Positions 35,674 to 44,933 of a stretch of DNA of 45,859 bases are shown here, one piece after another. The notes under the pieces are model-generated. The model ran no database searches. It was not told the origin of the DNA and saw only the letters and a program-made list of their open reading frames with translations. Made by a program: the position numbers and the translations under genes. The stretch's first letter is position 1. Every line of letters starts with the position of its first letter. Origin of the DNA: a bacterium (GTDB lineage Bacteria; Patescibacteriota; Patescibacteriia; JAACEG01; JAGUWE01); the NCBI GenBank assembly GCA_043798995.1, contig JAZDOD010000004.1, forward strand, positions 1-45,859. Direction: 5' to 3'.

Positions 35674-36600
35674 ATGTATCAAATTTTTAAAAATGGCGGT
35701 TTTCAATGGATTGATGTCAAGCAAGCAAAAAAAGCCGATTTAGAATTCCTGAAAAAGAATTTTGATTTTCAGTTAAAGGATTTGCGGGCATCGCTCCCGA
35801 GCGTTTCTGCCCAGCGCTTAAAAATAAAACGTTACGATCATTACTGTTTTATTATTTTCCGCTTCCCCCATTACAACGAGAATGAAGGAACAATCTTGGT
35901 TGAAGAAATTGATTTTTTCCTGGGGAAAAATTTTTTAGTTTCGGTTCATAATGGTTTTTTGCCGCGCTTTAATGAAATTATCAATATCTGCAAAAAGGAT
36001 TCGGCAACACTCAAAGAATATCTTAAAAAAGAGCCGGGAAACTTGCTTTTTGAAATTTTAGAGCAACTCCTAAAATCCTGCTTTCCTATCTTGGACAAAA
36101 TCAGCTGGGATGTTAGCCGGTTAGAAGAGTTTATCTATCAGGGCAAACAACAGGAAGGCATAACCGATATTATGCGCATTAAAAGAAATGTCATTACTTT
36201 CCGCCGCATAATGCAGTCGCACAAAAATGTTATCAGACGCTTAGCGCAGACTGAAGGCAGTTTTTTTATAAGCGAAGCGCTTCGCTCAAAATTTAATTCT
36301 TTAATCCAGAAAACCAAAGATATTTGGGAAATTTTGGAAAGTCACAAAGAAATGATTGAGGCCCTGGAATACACTAATGATTCAATACTTTCTTATAAAA
36401 CTAATGAGATTATCAAAACCCTAACTATGTTTTCGGTGACGATTTTTCAAATGACACTTTTGGCTACGATTTTTTCAATGAGAGCTAATGGCGGCATGCC
36501 TTTCTTGAATAATCCTTATAACTTCTGGATTATAATCGGCCTGATGCTGACAATAATACTTTCGATGCTGCTTTTGTTTAAGAAAAAGAGATGGTTTTAA
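35674..36600 (+). CDS. corA: CorA-family divalent cation transporter
   Basis: WIDV, NEIIKTLT, two C-terminal TMs, FKKKRWF; SMR in place of GMN. Confidence 0.85.
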   Translation: MYQIFKNGGFQWIDVKQAKKADLEFLKKNFDFQLKDLRASLPSVSAQRLKIKRYDHYCFIIFRFPHYNENEGTILVEEIDFFLGKNFLVSVHNGFLPRFNEIINICKKDSATLKEYLKKEPGNLLFEILEQLLKSCFPILDKISWDVSRLEEFIYQGKQQEGITDIMRIKRNVITFRRIMQSHKNVIRRLAQTEGSFFISEALRSKFNSLIQKTKDIWEILESHKEMIEALEYTNDSILSYKTNEIIKTLTMFSVTIFQMTLLATIFSMRANGGMPFLNNPYNFWIIIGLMLTIILSMLLLFKKKRWF

Positions 36601-36616
36601 AATTAATTTAAAAGCA

Positions 36617-36648
36617 AAAAAATAAGCTCAAAACGGGCTTATTTTTTT
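36617..36648. terminator. Bidirectional terminator
   Basis: AAAAAATAAGCTC-AAAAC-GGGCTTATTTTTT between convergent corA and dus. Confidence 0.75.
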
Positions 36649-37613
36649 TATTTTAAAATCTTTTTTATTTCATCTAAGGTTTCAATCTGCACTAACTTTT
36701 GGCGAAGCCGAGTTGCGTTTTTGAGACCCTTGACATACCAGCAAAGATGTTTTTTGAGAATTGAAATAGCGTCGACGCGGGGTAATTTAAATGAAAGTTT
36801 GGCCTGCTTTAAGGCAATCTTAAAAATTTCCTTTTTTTTCGGCCGCTGATATTGCCCTGACTTCAAAAGATTGATTGTTTGGCTGATAATCCAAGGGTTG
36901 CCCAAGACCCCTTTGGCAAAAATCAGACCATCGGCGCCAGTTTCTTCTAATATTTTAATTGCCGCCTCCGGCGTGTAAAGTCCGCCGCTGGCAATAAGCG
37001 GTATCTTCAGATTTTCTTTGACCATTTTCATAATCTGATAATTAACCTGACCTCGGAAAAGCTGCGGATAGGTCCGTCCATGAAGAATCAAAGCATCCAA
37101 GCCGCAATTTTCCAAGCTTTTGGCAAATTTCAAAATTTCCTTTTCACTTTGAAAACCAAGGCGGGTTTTAACCGAAACCGGCAAATTGATTTCTTTTTTA
37201 ATTATTTCAATAATATAACAAGCTAAATCAAGATCTCTCATCAGCGAAACGCCATGACCGGCCTCAACCAAACGTCGGGCCGGACAGCCCATATTAATAT
37301 CAATGCCGTCTGGTTTAAATTTGCGGCTGATAATTTTTGCCGCCTTGGCCATTATTTCCGGCTGGCGGCCGAAAAGCTGAATGATAATCGGCCTTTCTTT
37401 GGCTGAAAAGCCGGCAATCGCCAAGGTTTTGTTATATTCATCGCGGCCGGATTTTCTCTGGCCATAAAACAAACCGTCGGCGCTAATCATTTCGGAAAAA
37501 ACAATTTCCGCCCCAAAATCCTTCGCAATTTGCCTGAAAGCGGAGTCGGTAATACCGCTCATCGGCGCCAAGCCAATGATCGGCCGCGGCAATTGTTGCC
37601 AAATATTTTTCAT
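36648..37613 (-). CDS. dusB: tRNA-dihydrouridine synthase (DusB/NifR3 family)
   Basis: LAPMSGITD, QLFG, DINMGCP, SVKTRLG, HGRT. Confidence 0.9.
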   Translation of the reverse strand: MKNIWQQLPRPIIGLAPMSGITDSAFRQIAKDFGAEIVFSEMISADGLFYGQRKSGRDEYNKTLAIAGFSAKERPIIIQLFGRQPEIMAKAAKIISRKFKPDGIDINMGCPARRLVEAGHGVSLMRDLDLACYIIEIIKKEINLPVSVKTRLGFQSEKEILKFAKSLENCGLDALILHGRTYPQLFRGQVNYQIMKMVKENLKIPLIASGGLYTPEAAIKILEETGADGLIFAKGVLGNPWIISQTINLLKSGQYQRPKKKEIFKIALKQAKLSFKLPRVDAISILKKHLCWYVKGLKNATRLRQKLVQIETLDEIKKILK

Positions 37614-39028
37614 TTTTTTACAATCTTTGTTCCTTCTTTAGTATCGGAAATTTTTCGAGGGAGAATAAGTTTAGATAAATTTTGATCAATTTCTTGACGC
37701 AGTCGATCGGATAATTGATATTTTTTTTCTTTCCGTGCTTTTTCATATTGTTTAATTTTTTCTTTGATATATTCAGTCAAAACCACTTCGGGTGGCTTAA
37801 CATTAAGATTTAATCCTAACACCTCGTCAAATTTTAGCAAAGTTGTCCTTTTGTCTTGGTCTTTTTCTTTAGTTTTAGTCACTTCCTGAGCTATAGTCAT
37901 TGCCTTAGGTAAATCCAAATTATTATTAATGGCGCTAATAAATTCCTCCAAATAATTTTTTAAAATTTTGCCCCGGCCTGTTTTCATTTCGCCAATTTTA
38001 AACCACAAACTGAACAAACTTTCCTGGGCCATTCGCAAACCCTCCCAAGAAAAGTCTAGCTTTTTTTGATAATGGGTCCCTAAACAAAAATATCTAAATG
38101 CCAAAGGTAAAAATTTCTGTGCGGGAGGTGAAGTTATTTTTTCGTCTAAATCCCTCAGGGTAATAAAATTGCCGGCTGATTTAGCCATTTTTTGGCCGTC
38201 AACTAAAATATGCTCGCTGTGGAGAAAAAAATTAACTAATTTTTTTGCGCCATAACCGGTAATGCTTTGGGCAATTTCATTTTCATGGTGCGGAAAGCGC
38301 AAATCAACTCCGCCGGTGTGGATATCAAAAGGAATGCCTAAATACTCTTGGCTCATGGCACTGCATTCAATATGCCAACCCGGCCGGCCGGGAGAGTTTT
38401 TGCCCTGCCAATTAAAATTCCAAAATGGTTCGCCAACTTTTCTTGCCTTCCATAAAGCAAAATCTTGAAGCGCTTCTTTTTCATATTCATCATTTTCCAT
38501 TCTTTCGCCCTGCTTAAGTTGGTTTAAATCTAAATCAACTAATTGCCCGTATTTAAAATTTTTGGCGTATTTAGCAACATTAAAATAAAAAGAGCCGTCT
38601 TTTTCATAAGCAAAGCCGGCCTGAACAATTTTTGTGATCAACTCCTGCATCTGGGAAATAAACTCGGTGGCCTGCGGAATTTTATTTGGCCTTTGAATGT
38701 TTAAGCTGGCTAAATCCTGCCAAAACGTCTTTTCGTATTTGGCAGTTAATTTTTTTAATGCTTCTTTGGGAGCTAAATCAGGATAATCTTTTTGCGAATC
38801 ACGGATGGTCTTATCATCCACATCAGTTATGTTCATCACCCAGTTGACTTTTAGGCCATTAAATTTCAAGATTCGTTGCAAAAGATCGGCTACCACAAAG
38901 GCCCGTAAATTGCCGATATGGGCGTAGTTATAAACCGTCGGCCCGCAGGAATAAATGCCAACTTGGCCTTTTTTTATCGGCTTAAATTCTTCTTTTTTGC
39001 GAGTGAGGGTGTTGTAAAATTTTAGCAT
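37610..39028 (-). CDS. cysS: Cysteine--tRNA ligase
   Basis: CGPTVY, HIGN, GRPGWHIECSAM, HHENE, KMAKS; start ATG 39028. Confidence 0.98.
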   Translation of the reverse strand: MLKFYNTLTRKKEEFKPIKKGQVGIYSCGPTVYNYAHIGNLRAFVVADLLQRILKFNGLKVNWVMNITDVDDKTIRDSQKDYPDLAPKEALKKLTAKYEKTFWQDLASLNIQRPNKIPQATEFISQMQELITKIVQAGFAYEKDGSFYFNVAKYAKNFKYGQLVDLDLNQLKQGERMENDEYEKEALQDFALWKARKVGEPFWNFNWQGKNSPGRPGWHIECSAMSQEYLGIPFDIHTGGVDLRFPHHENEIAQSITGYGAKKLVNFFLHSEHILVDGQKMAKSAGNFITLRDLDEKITSPPAQKFLPLAFRYFCLGTHYQKKLDFSWEGLRMAQESLFSLWFKIGEMKTGRGKILKNYLEEFISAINNNLDLPKAMTIAQEVTKTKEKDQDKRTTLLKFDEVLGLNLNVKPPEVVLTEYIKEKIKQYEKARKEKKYQLSDRLRQEIDQNLSKLILPRKISDTKEGTKIVKK

Positions 39029-39040
39029 ATATTTCACAAT

Positions 39041-39147
39041 GTCATTGCGAGGAGTCCGCCAACTGGCGGACGACGAAGCAATCCCGTTCAAATCCGCTTA
39101 AATACGAGATTGCCACGCTCCGACTTGGCGTCGGAGCTCGCAATGAC
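39041..39147. repeat. REP-like palindromic element GTCATTGCGAG...CTCGCAATGAC with nested hairpins
   Basis: Perfect 11-bp terminal IR; inner GCAATC/GATTGC stem; TCCGCC-AACT-GGCGGA and CTCCGAC/GTCGGAG hairpins. Confidence 0.85.
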
Positions 39148-39242
39148 CAAAAAGCGAGTCTTTGGACAGTCTATTAAAATGACATTTATATTTTTAATTT
39201 TTAAATTGTTAATTACTTGATGTGTAACTATTATACCTCTGC

Positions 39243-39316
39243 TTGACAAATTTTCCAAATTCCGCTATATTAATTTGTTATACTACAACAAATAAATGCT
39301 TTTTGACAAAGGAGGG
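39243..39316 (+). promoter_or_regulatory. Sigma70 promoter, boxA-like motif and SD
   Basis: TTGACA-17-TATATT; TGCTTTTTGACAAA 39297-39310; GGAGG. Confidence 0.65.
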
Positions 39317-39320
39317 ATAA

Positions 39321-39533
39321 ATGAAAATTTTAGCTGTTCTTGTTTATCTTATAGGAGTTGGATTGGCCTTGGGATTAGGGACTTACGTTCTTCTTTTTGA
39401 TAAACTTTCTGATCAGCCGCCAAGTCGTGGTTTTATATTACTTATATTACTTGTAGCTCTGATTTTTATGGTGATAGGACTTATGATAAAAAGAAGAAAT
39501 GAAACTAATAAAAACAAATTTAGAAAGTTTTGA
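39321..39533 (+). CDS. Small 2-TM membrane protein
   Basis: AAGGAGG SD; two hydrophobic helices. Confidence 0.7.
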   Translation: MKILAVLVYLIGVGLALGLGTYVLLFDKLSDQPPSRGFILLILLVALIFMVIGLMIKRRNETNKNKFRKF

Positions 39534-39549
39534 AAGGAGGAAGGAAAAA

Positions 39550-39786
39550 ATGTTAGCTACTCAAAAGGGAAAGAAATACGCTTTAAAAAAATTAAAAAAG
39601 AGAAGAGCTCAGGCCAAAAAGGAAGGACAGATTGACGACAGCACTTTACCAGTAGGAGCGCCGATGCATTATTACTGCGAGAGCTGCGGCTTAATAGCAG
39701 ATGTTCTCCCTGAGGCACATATTGGATCACCCAAAGAACTTTGTGATGAGTGCCAAGCCCTGAAAGATCTTGGTTGGCTTGAATAA
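39550..39786 (+). CDS. Small Zn-ribbon hypothetical protein
   Basis: AAGGAGG SD before ATG 39550; YCESC...LCDEC. Confidence 0.7.
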   Translation: MLATQKGKKYALKKLKKRRAQAKKEGQIDDSTLPVGAPMHYYCESCGLIADVLPEAHIGSPKELCDECQALKDLGWLE

Positions 39787-39840
39787 TTATTACAATACGA
39801 GGCCGAAAACAAAATTAAAAAGTTTTGAGAGGAGGAGAAG

Positions 39841-40173
39841 ATGAATTTTTTATTCTGGTTTGGATTAGGATTGGTGTTAATTTCTATTGGAATAGCGCTG
39901 GTTTATCTTTTTGTAAAAGATAAAGTAATGCCGATAGCTTTGGTAATATTAGTTATTATAGGGTCAGCAGCTATCAAAAACGCTTCAATGGATGAATTGC
40001 AGGAGAATTTGCGAAAAGAAGTTCCTTTACAAAAAGTGACGATAAAAGGTGAACAAATCTTTGAGGCAAAAGTGAAGATAATTTACAAAAATGGAGAAGC
40101 AGAACCAGCGCGGTTGGTGCCCAATTCAACTATTCAAGTCGAAACTAAAGAGACAGAAGAAAAAAGTCAGTAG
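39841..40173 (+). CDS. Hypothetical membrane protein
   Basis: GAGGAGG SD; two N-terminal TMs. Confidence 0.7.
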   Translation: MNFLFWFGLGLVLISIGIALVYLFVKDKVMPIALVILVIIGSAAIKNASMDELQENLRKEVPLQKVTIKGEQIFEAKVKIIYKNGEAEPARLVPNSTIQVETKETEEKSQ

Positions 40174-40186
40174 TGCTCGCAAATAA

Positions 40187-40255
40187 TAAAAAGGGCGTGG
40201 ACAAAATCCACCCCTTTTCTTTTCCTAAAAAAGCCCCAAAAAATTCGGGCTTTTT
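40187..40255. terminator. Tandem terminator hairpins between convergent operons
   Basis: AAAAGGGcGTGGA/TCCACCCCTTTT and AAAAAGCCC/GGGCTTTTT. Confidence 0.7.
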
Positions 40256-40262
40256 ATTTTGT

Positions 40263-40289
40263 TGGATTCCCGCTTTCGCGGGAATGACA
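40263..40289. repeat. REP-like hairpin TGGATTCCCGC-TTTC-GCGGGAATGACA
   Basis: ATTCCCGC/GCGGGAAT stem; shares the AATGAC end with the 39041 element. Confidence 0.8.
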
Positions 40290-40293
40290 TAAG

Positions 40294-41406
40294 TTACAAT
40301 TCCTTTTCTAGTTCTTTTAACAATTCTTTTTGTTTCTTGGTTAAATTCTTCGGCGTTTTGATGATAATTTCCACTATTTCATCGCCCCGGCCAAAGCCGC
40401 GTAAGCGCGGCAAGCCCTTACTGCGCAGGCGAAACTTTTCGCCGCTTTGCGTGCCTTCGGGAATAGCCAATTTTACAGATCCGTAAAGCGTTTCTATTCC
40501 AATTTTATCACCTAAAGCGGCTTGAGTAATATTAATAACTTTCTTGGTATAAATATCAGCTCCGCGGCGAATAAATAAAGGATGGGGCTCAAGATGAATA
40601 TTAACATATAAATCGCCGGCCGGCGAACCCTTCGGACCGGCTTCGCCTCCGCCTTGAAAGCGAATCACTTCACCCCCATCAATGCCGGCCGGTATATTAA
40701 TTTTAATTTTTTTAGACTCTTTAACAGTTCCTTCGCCCTGGCAACCTGAGCATTTTTTTTCCGGCACTTTCCCGGTGCCTAAACACTCCGGACAAACAGC
40801 GGTTGTTCTTATTTGGCCTAAGATTGTGGAGCGAACCTGATGAATTTGTCCCTGACCCTTGCAGGTCGGGCAAGTCTTGATGGAACTGCTCGGCTCGGCA
40901 CCGCTGCCGTCACAGCGTGAACAATTAACTTTTTTATAAAGCTCAATAATTCGTTCTGCTCCCCGCGCCACTTCTTCCAAGGTAATGGTTAAGTCAACTT
41001 CAATATTTTTACCGACACGTGATTGTCTTCTTTTTCCACCCATACCAAAAAAATCTGAAAAAACATCAGAAAAATCACCAAAATTTGAAAAATCAAATTC
41101 AACGCCACCGCGGCCGCCTTGGCGAAAGGCGTCGGTAAAATCCGAAAAATCGCGAAAACCTTCAAAACCGGAAAAACCGCCTCCGGCTTGAGCTTGTTCA
41201 AAAGTTTGCCCGAATTGGTCGTATTGAGACCTTTTTTGCGAATCAGAAAGAACCTGATAGGCCTCATTAATTTCTTTGAATTTTTTTTCATCACCGCCGG
41301 TTTTGTCGGGGTGATGTTGGTGAGCTAAGCGGCGAAAAGCTTTTTTAATTTCTTCCGCTGAAGCATTTCGCGAAACGCCTAAAATTTTGTAGTAATCTTT
41401 AGCCAT
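40294..41406 (-). CDS. dnaJ: Chaperone DnaJ
   Basis: [13 protein letters not shown]-rich region, four CxxCxGxG. Confidence 0.98.
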   Translation of the reverse strand: MAKDYYKILGVSRNASAEEIKKAFRRLAHQHHPDKTGGDEKKFKEINEAYQVLSDSQKRSQYDQFGQTFEQAQAGGGFSGFEGFRDFSDFTDAFRQGGRGGVEFDFSNFGDFSDVFSDFFGMGGKRRQSRVGKNIEVDLTITLEEVARGAERIIELYKKVNCSRCDGSGAEPSSSIKTCPTCKGQGQIHQVRSTILGQIRTTAVCPECLGTGKVPEKKCSGCQGEGTVKESKKIKINIPAGIDGGEVIRFQGGGEAGPKGSPAGDLYVNIHLEPHPLFIRRGADIYTKKVINITQAALGDKIGIETLYGSVKLAIPEGTQSGEKFRLRSKGLPRLRGFGRGDEIVEIIIKTPKNLTKKQKELLKELEKEL

Positions 41407-41428
41407 TATTTCCTTATTTATTTTATTT

Positions 41429-41588
41429 AAACCAACGAGTTGTCTAAAAAACCTTTGGCGAGACCGCTTAGTAAAATCATTATTTAAATATTAAAATTCT
41501 TGCGGTCGAGCCATAGAGCGAACGGAAAAAAATTTATTTTTTATAAAAAGTCTCTTGTGAGCGTGTTTTAAAGGCAACTCGCTGGTTT
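41429..41588 (+). repeat. ~160-bp structured element, copy 1 (MITE-like or ncRNA)
   Basis: Terminal IR AAACCAACGAGTTGTCT/AGGCAACTCGCTGGTTT; internal stems shared with copy 2. Confidence 0.8.
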
Positions 41589-43488
41589 ACTTTTTTTCTC
41601 CTTCCTCAAACTCCCCTTCTTTTGGCTCTTCTTTTTTGTCTTCGGCAGAAGTTTGACCCGAGGGTTGCTCCGAAGAGCTTTTTTCTTGGGCCGCTTTGTA
41701 CATTTCTGCTCCGACTTTTTGAATGGTTTGATTCAGGTCGGCTACTGCCTTTTTGGTTGAATCAATGTCATCACTATCTTTAACCTTTTTTAGCACCTCA
41801 ACTTTGGCCTCAACTTCTTTTTTAACGGTTTCTGAAACCTTATCACCGGCCTCGCGCAAAACTTTTTCTGTCTGAAAAACTAAAGTATCGGCTTCATTTT
41901 TAAGATCGGCTGTTTCCTTTTTCTTGCGGTCTTCCTCGGCATGAATTTCGGCCTCCTGTTTCATTTTTTCAATTTCATCCTTTGATAAGCCGGAAGAAGC
42001 GGTAATGGTAATTGATTGTTCTTTGCCTGTGGCTTTATCGCTGGCCTTGACATTTAAAATACCATTGGCGTCAATATCAAAAGTAACCTCAATCTGGGGA
42101 ATGCCGCGCGGCGACGGCGGAATACCGGAGAGAATAAAACGGCCTAAGGTTTTATTATTTTCAGCCATCGGACGCTCGCCTTGTAAAACATGGATTTCAA
42201 CCGAGGTTTGAGTATCAGCCGCGGTAGAAAAAATCTGCGACTTTGAAGTCGGGATGGTTGTATTTTTTATAATAAGCGGGGTGGCTACGCCGCCTAAAGT
42301 TTCAATACCTAAGGTTAATGGCGTCACATCAAGAAGTAAAACATCCTTTACCTCGCCTTGCAAAATCCCGCCCTGAATAGCCGCGCCAACAGCCACTACT
42401 TCGTCGGGATTGACTGAAATGTTTGGTTTTTTAGCGAAAAATTTTTCAACTGTTTTGAGTACTAAGGGCATTCGAGTCATGCCGCCGACCATCACCACTT
42501 CTTCAATGTCTGAAATGGTAAGCCCAGCATCTTTAAGAGCTTGACGGCAAGGTTCAAGAGTTTTTTCAACTAAATCACCGACTATCTCTTCAAGTTTGGC
42601 GCGGCTCAATTTCATCACTAAATGTTTTGGGCCCGCCGCATCGGTCGTGATAAATGGCTGATTAATTTCGGTTTCGGCCGTGGTTGAAAGCTCAATTTTA
42701 GCTTTTTCAGCCGCTTCTTTAAGCCGTTGCAGAGCCAATTTATCTTTGGCCAAATCAATGCCTTGATCGCGCTTAAATTCGGAAATTATCCAGCTAATAA
42801 TTCTCTGGTCAAAATCGTCACCGCCCAAATGAGTGTCGCCATTGGTTGATTTAACTTCAACTGTATCATCGCCAATATCCAGAATTGAAATATCAAAAGT
42901 TCCGCCGCCTAAATCATAGACCGCAATCTGCTGGCCTTTTTTCTTATCAAAACCATAAGCCAAAGCGGCCGCGGTTGGTTCATTAATAATTCGGCGGACT
43001 TTAAGACCGGCGATTTCCCCGGCATCTTTGGTAGCCTGGCGTTGAGAATCATCAAAATAAGCCGGCACGGTGATAACCGCTTCCTCAATTTTTTCACCCA
43101 GACGATCTTCAGTATCGGCTTTTAACTTTTGCAAAATCATAGCCGAAATTTCCTGCGGTGAATATTCTTTGCCGCCCATGACTACTTTAACCCCTTCGCC
43201 GGAACGGACAATTTTATAAGACATAAGTTTAATGTCCCGCTGAACCTCTATATCATCATATCTTCGGCCAATCAGACGTTTAACTGAAAAAATCGTATTT
43301 TCCGGATTAGTCACTGCTTGTCTTTTGGCAATCTGACCTACTAATCTTTCGCCGTTTTTAGAAATTGTCACCACCGAGGGAGTTGTTCGCGCTCCTTCTT
43401 TGTTTTCTAAAACCTTTGGCTCACCGCCCTCAACAATGGCCATAGCACTGTTTGTCGTGCCTAAATCAATACCTAAAATTTTTCCCAT
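41587..43488 (-). CDS. dnaK: Chaperone DnaK
   Basis: [34 protein letters not shown]. Confidence 0.99.
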   Translation of the reverse strand: MGKILGIDLGTTNSAMAIVEGGEPKVLENKEGARTTPSVVTISKNGERLVGQIAKRQAVTNPENTIFSVKRLIGRRYDDIEVQRDIKLMSYKIVRSGEGVKVVMGGKEYSPQEISAMILQKLKADTEDRLGEKIEEAVITVPAYFDDSQRQATKDAGEIAGLKVRRIINEPTAAALAYGFDKKKGQQIAVYDLGGGTFDISILDIGDDTVEVKSTNGDTHLGGDDFDQRIISWIISEFKRDQGIDLAKDKLALQRLKEAAEKAKIELSTTAETEINQPFITTDAAGPKHLVMKLSRAKLEEIVGDLVEKTLEPCRQALKDAGLTISDIEEVVMVGGMTRMPLVLKTVEKFFAKKPNISVNPDEVVAVGAAIQGGILQGEVKDVLLLDVTPLTLGIETLGGVATPLIIKNTTIPTSKSQIFSTAADTQTSVEIHVLQGERPMAENNKTLGRFILSGIPPSPRGIPQIEVTFDIDANGILNVKASDKATGKEQSITITASSGLSKDEIEKMKQEAEIHAEEDRKKKETADLKNEADTLVFQTEKVLREAGDKVSETVKKEVEAKVEVLKKVKDSDDIDSTKKAVADLNQTIQKVGAEMYKAAQEKSSSEQPSGQTSAEDKKEEPKEGEFEEGEKK

Positions 43489-43547
43489 AGAATTTAAATT
43501 TAATTATAATTTTAAAAAATGAATTAAGTTGCCAAACTAATTTTTTT

Positions 43548-43703
43548 TAGGCAAACTTGTCTGAAAAACCTTTGACGAGACCGCCGTAAAAATAAACTCT
43601 TAAAATGCCAGCTAACTGCGGTCGAGTCATAGAGCGAGCGTAAATTAATTTTCAATTCTTAAAAGAATTTAGTGCGAGCGTGTTTTGAAGGCAAGTTTGC
43701 CTA
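43548..43703 (+). repeat. ~156-bp structured element, copy 2
   Basis: Terminal IR TAGGCAAACTTGTCT/AGGCAAGTTTGCCTA; same internal blocks as copy 1. Confidence 0.8.
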
Positions 43704-43764
43704 GAAACTATCCAAAAAAAATAATTTGGCAACCTAAGGGCGAGAAAAAATTCTCGCCAACAGT

Positions 43765-44232
43765 TTACTTCTTTTTCTTTTTCGGCGTAACAATTTTGAC
43801 CGGTGTACTGCTTTTGCCCGCTTTGATTTTAATGGTTTTAGATTTGATTTGCGGAGCTTTTGGTAAAATAATCTTTAGCATTCCTTTGTCAAAATTGGCG
43901 GTTGCTTTATCAGCCAAAACTCGCGCCGGCAATGCCACTGAACGATAAAAACTGCCAGATCTGATTTCCTTGCGATAATAATTCTTTTCATCAACCTCGG
44001 TTTTCTTTTCTGATTTGCCGGAAATTGTCAAAACATCATTTTCAACCGCAATGTCAACATTTTCCGGATCAATGCCAGCCAAAGGCGTTTCAATTATAAT
44101 ACTTTCCTTGTCTTGATAAACATCAACTTGCGGCATAAAACCGCTGATTTGTGAATGCGCCATCTCCTCAAGCCATTTATCCCAATCCTCAAAGGGAGTT
44201 GGCCAACCCGGACGCCATCGTATAATTGCCAT
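43765..44232 (-). CDS. Small heat shock protein Hsp20/alpha-crystallin family
   Basis: PQVDVY, LAGIDPENVDI.VENDVLTISG, GSFYRSVALP, GMLKIILPK. Confidence 0.95.
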   Translation of the reverse strand: MAIIRWRPGWPTPFEDWDKWLEEMAHSQISGFMPQVDVYQDKESIIIETPLAGIDPENVDIAVENDVLTISGKSEKKTEVDEKNYYRKEIRSGSFYRSVALPARVLADKATANFDKGMLKIILPKAPQIKSKTIKIKAGKSSTPVKIVTPKKKKK

Positions 44233-44297
44233 ATATTTTCTCCTACGGAAGTAATTAAACAAACAATAATTACTTCTTAATTAATTTGAATTTTGCA

Positions 44298-44849
44298 TTA
44301 TTTTACTACCACCTTGGACGGCATTATTACTCTGCCGTGCATGGTGTAGCCGGCGCTGACTTCCTTAACAATCGTTTGTTCTTTTTCGTCTTTTTTGATT
44401 TCTTTATTTTCCTCAACCTCTTCTTCAATTGCTTCATGAAACTGGGGATTAAATTTTTCGCCTATGGTCTTTATTTCCTCAATGCCTAATTTTTTAAGCA
44501 GTTCAAAAATCTGATTATAAATGTGCTTGAAGCCAACAAAATAACTTTTGACTTTTTCATCTTTAATTTCTGACAAATGTTCAAAAGCACGCTTAAAATT
44601 ATTGACAATCGGCAGAAGCTGGATAATTAAAGCTACGCCGGCAAAACGGGCAAATTCTTCTTTTTCTTTTTCGGTGTCGCGCTTTAGGTTGATATAATCG
44701 GCCTTGGCTCTTTTCCAGCCGTTAAGATATTCTTCGGACTTTTTCTGACAGATTGCCAATTCTTGCTTAAGTTTTTCAACCTCATCTTGTTTATCGCTTG
44801 GCTGACTAACCTCCTCCGACATTTGATCTTTTTTTTCTTTATCGTCCAT
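44298..44849 (-). CDS. grpE: Nucleotide exchange factor GrpE
   Basis: RAKADYIN, LLPIVNNF.RA, FNPQFHEA, GY..HGRVI.PS.V.V. Confidence 0.96.
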   Translation of the reverse strand: MDDKEKKDQMSEEVSQPSDKQDEVEKLKQELAICQKKSEEYLNGWKRAKADYINLKRDTEKEKEEFARFAGVALIIQLLPIVNNFKRAFEHLSEIKDEKVKSYFVGFKHIYNQIFELLKKLGIEEIKTIGEKFNPQFHEAIEEEVEENKEIKKDEKEQTIVKEVSAGYTMHGRVIMPSKVVVK

Positions 44850-44933
44850 ATTTTTATTATTAAGCGAGAGAGACCCACCAAAGTTTTTGAAAAAAATTTA
44901 GGCGAGCGCTGATATCAAAGGGTTTAATACCTT

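Noticed and set aside
39029-39091. N-terminal extensions in the ORF track for cysS (also hrcA, dnaX, tsf, pyrE, lexA)
   Set aside because: They translate repeats, leaders or neighbouring genes; conserved N-termini begin at downstream ATGs.
40259-40486. ORF starting MLDSRFRGND, plus the many other short ORFs overlapping core genes
   Set aside because: Translation of a REP hairpin, or antisense/alternate-frame shadows of well-supported genes, with no SD or motifs.
41429-43703. CRISPR array interpretation of the elements with 31-34-nt variable loops
   Set aside because: The conserved blocks pair with each other as stems rather than repeating directly; the two copies are 2 kb apart; no cas genes in the window.
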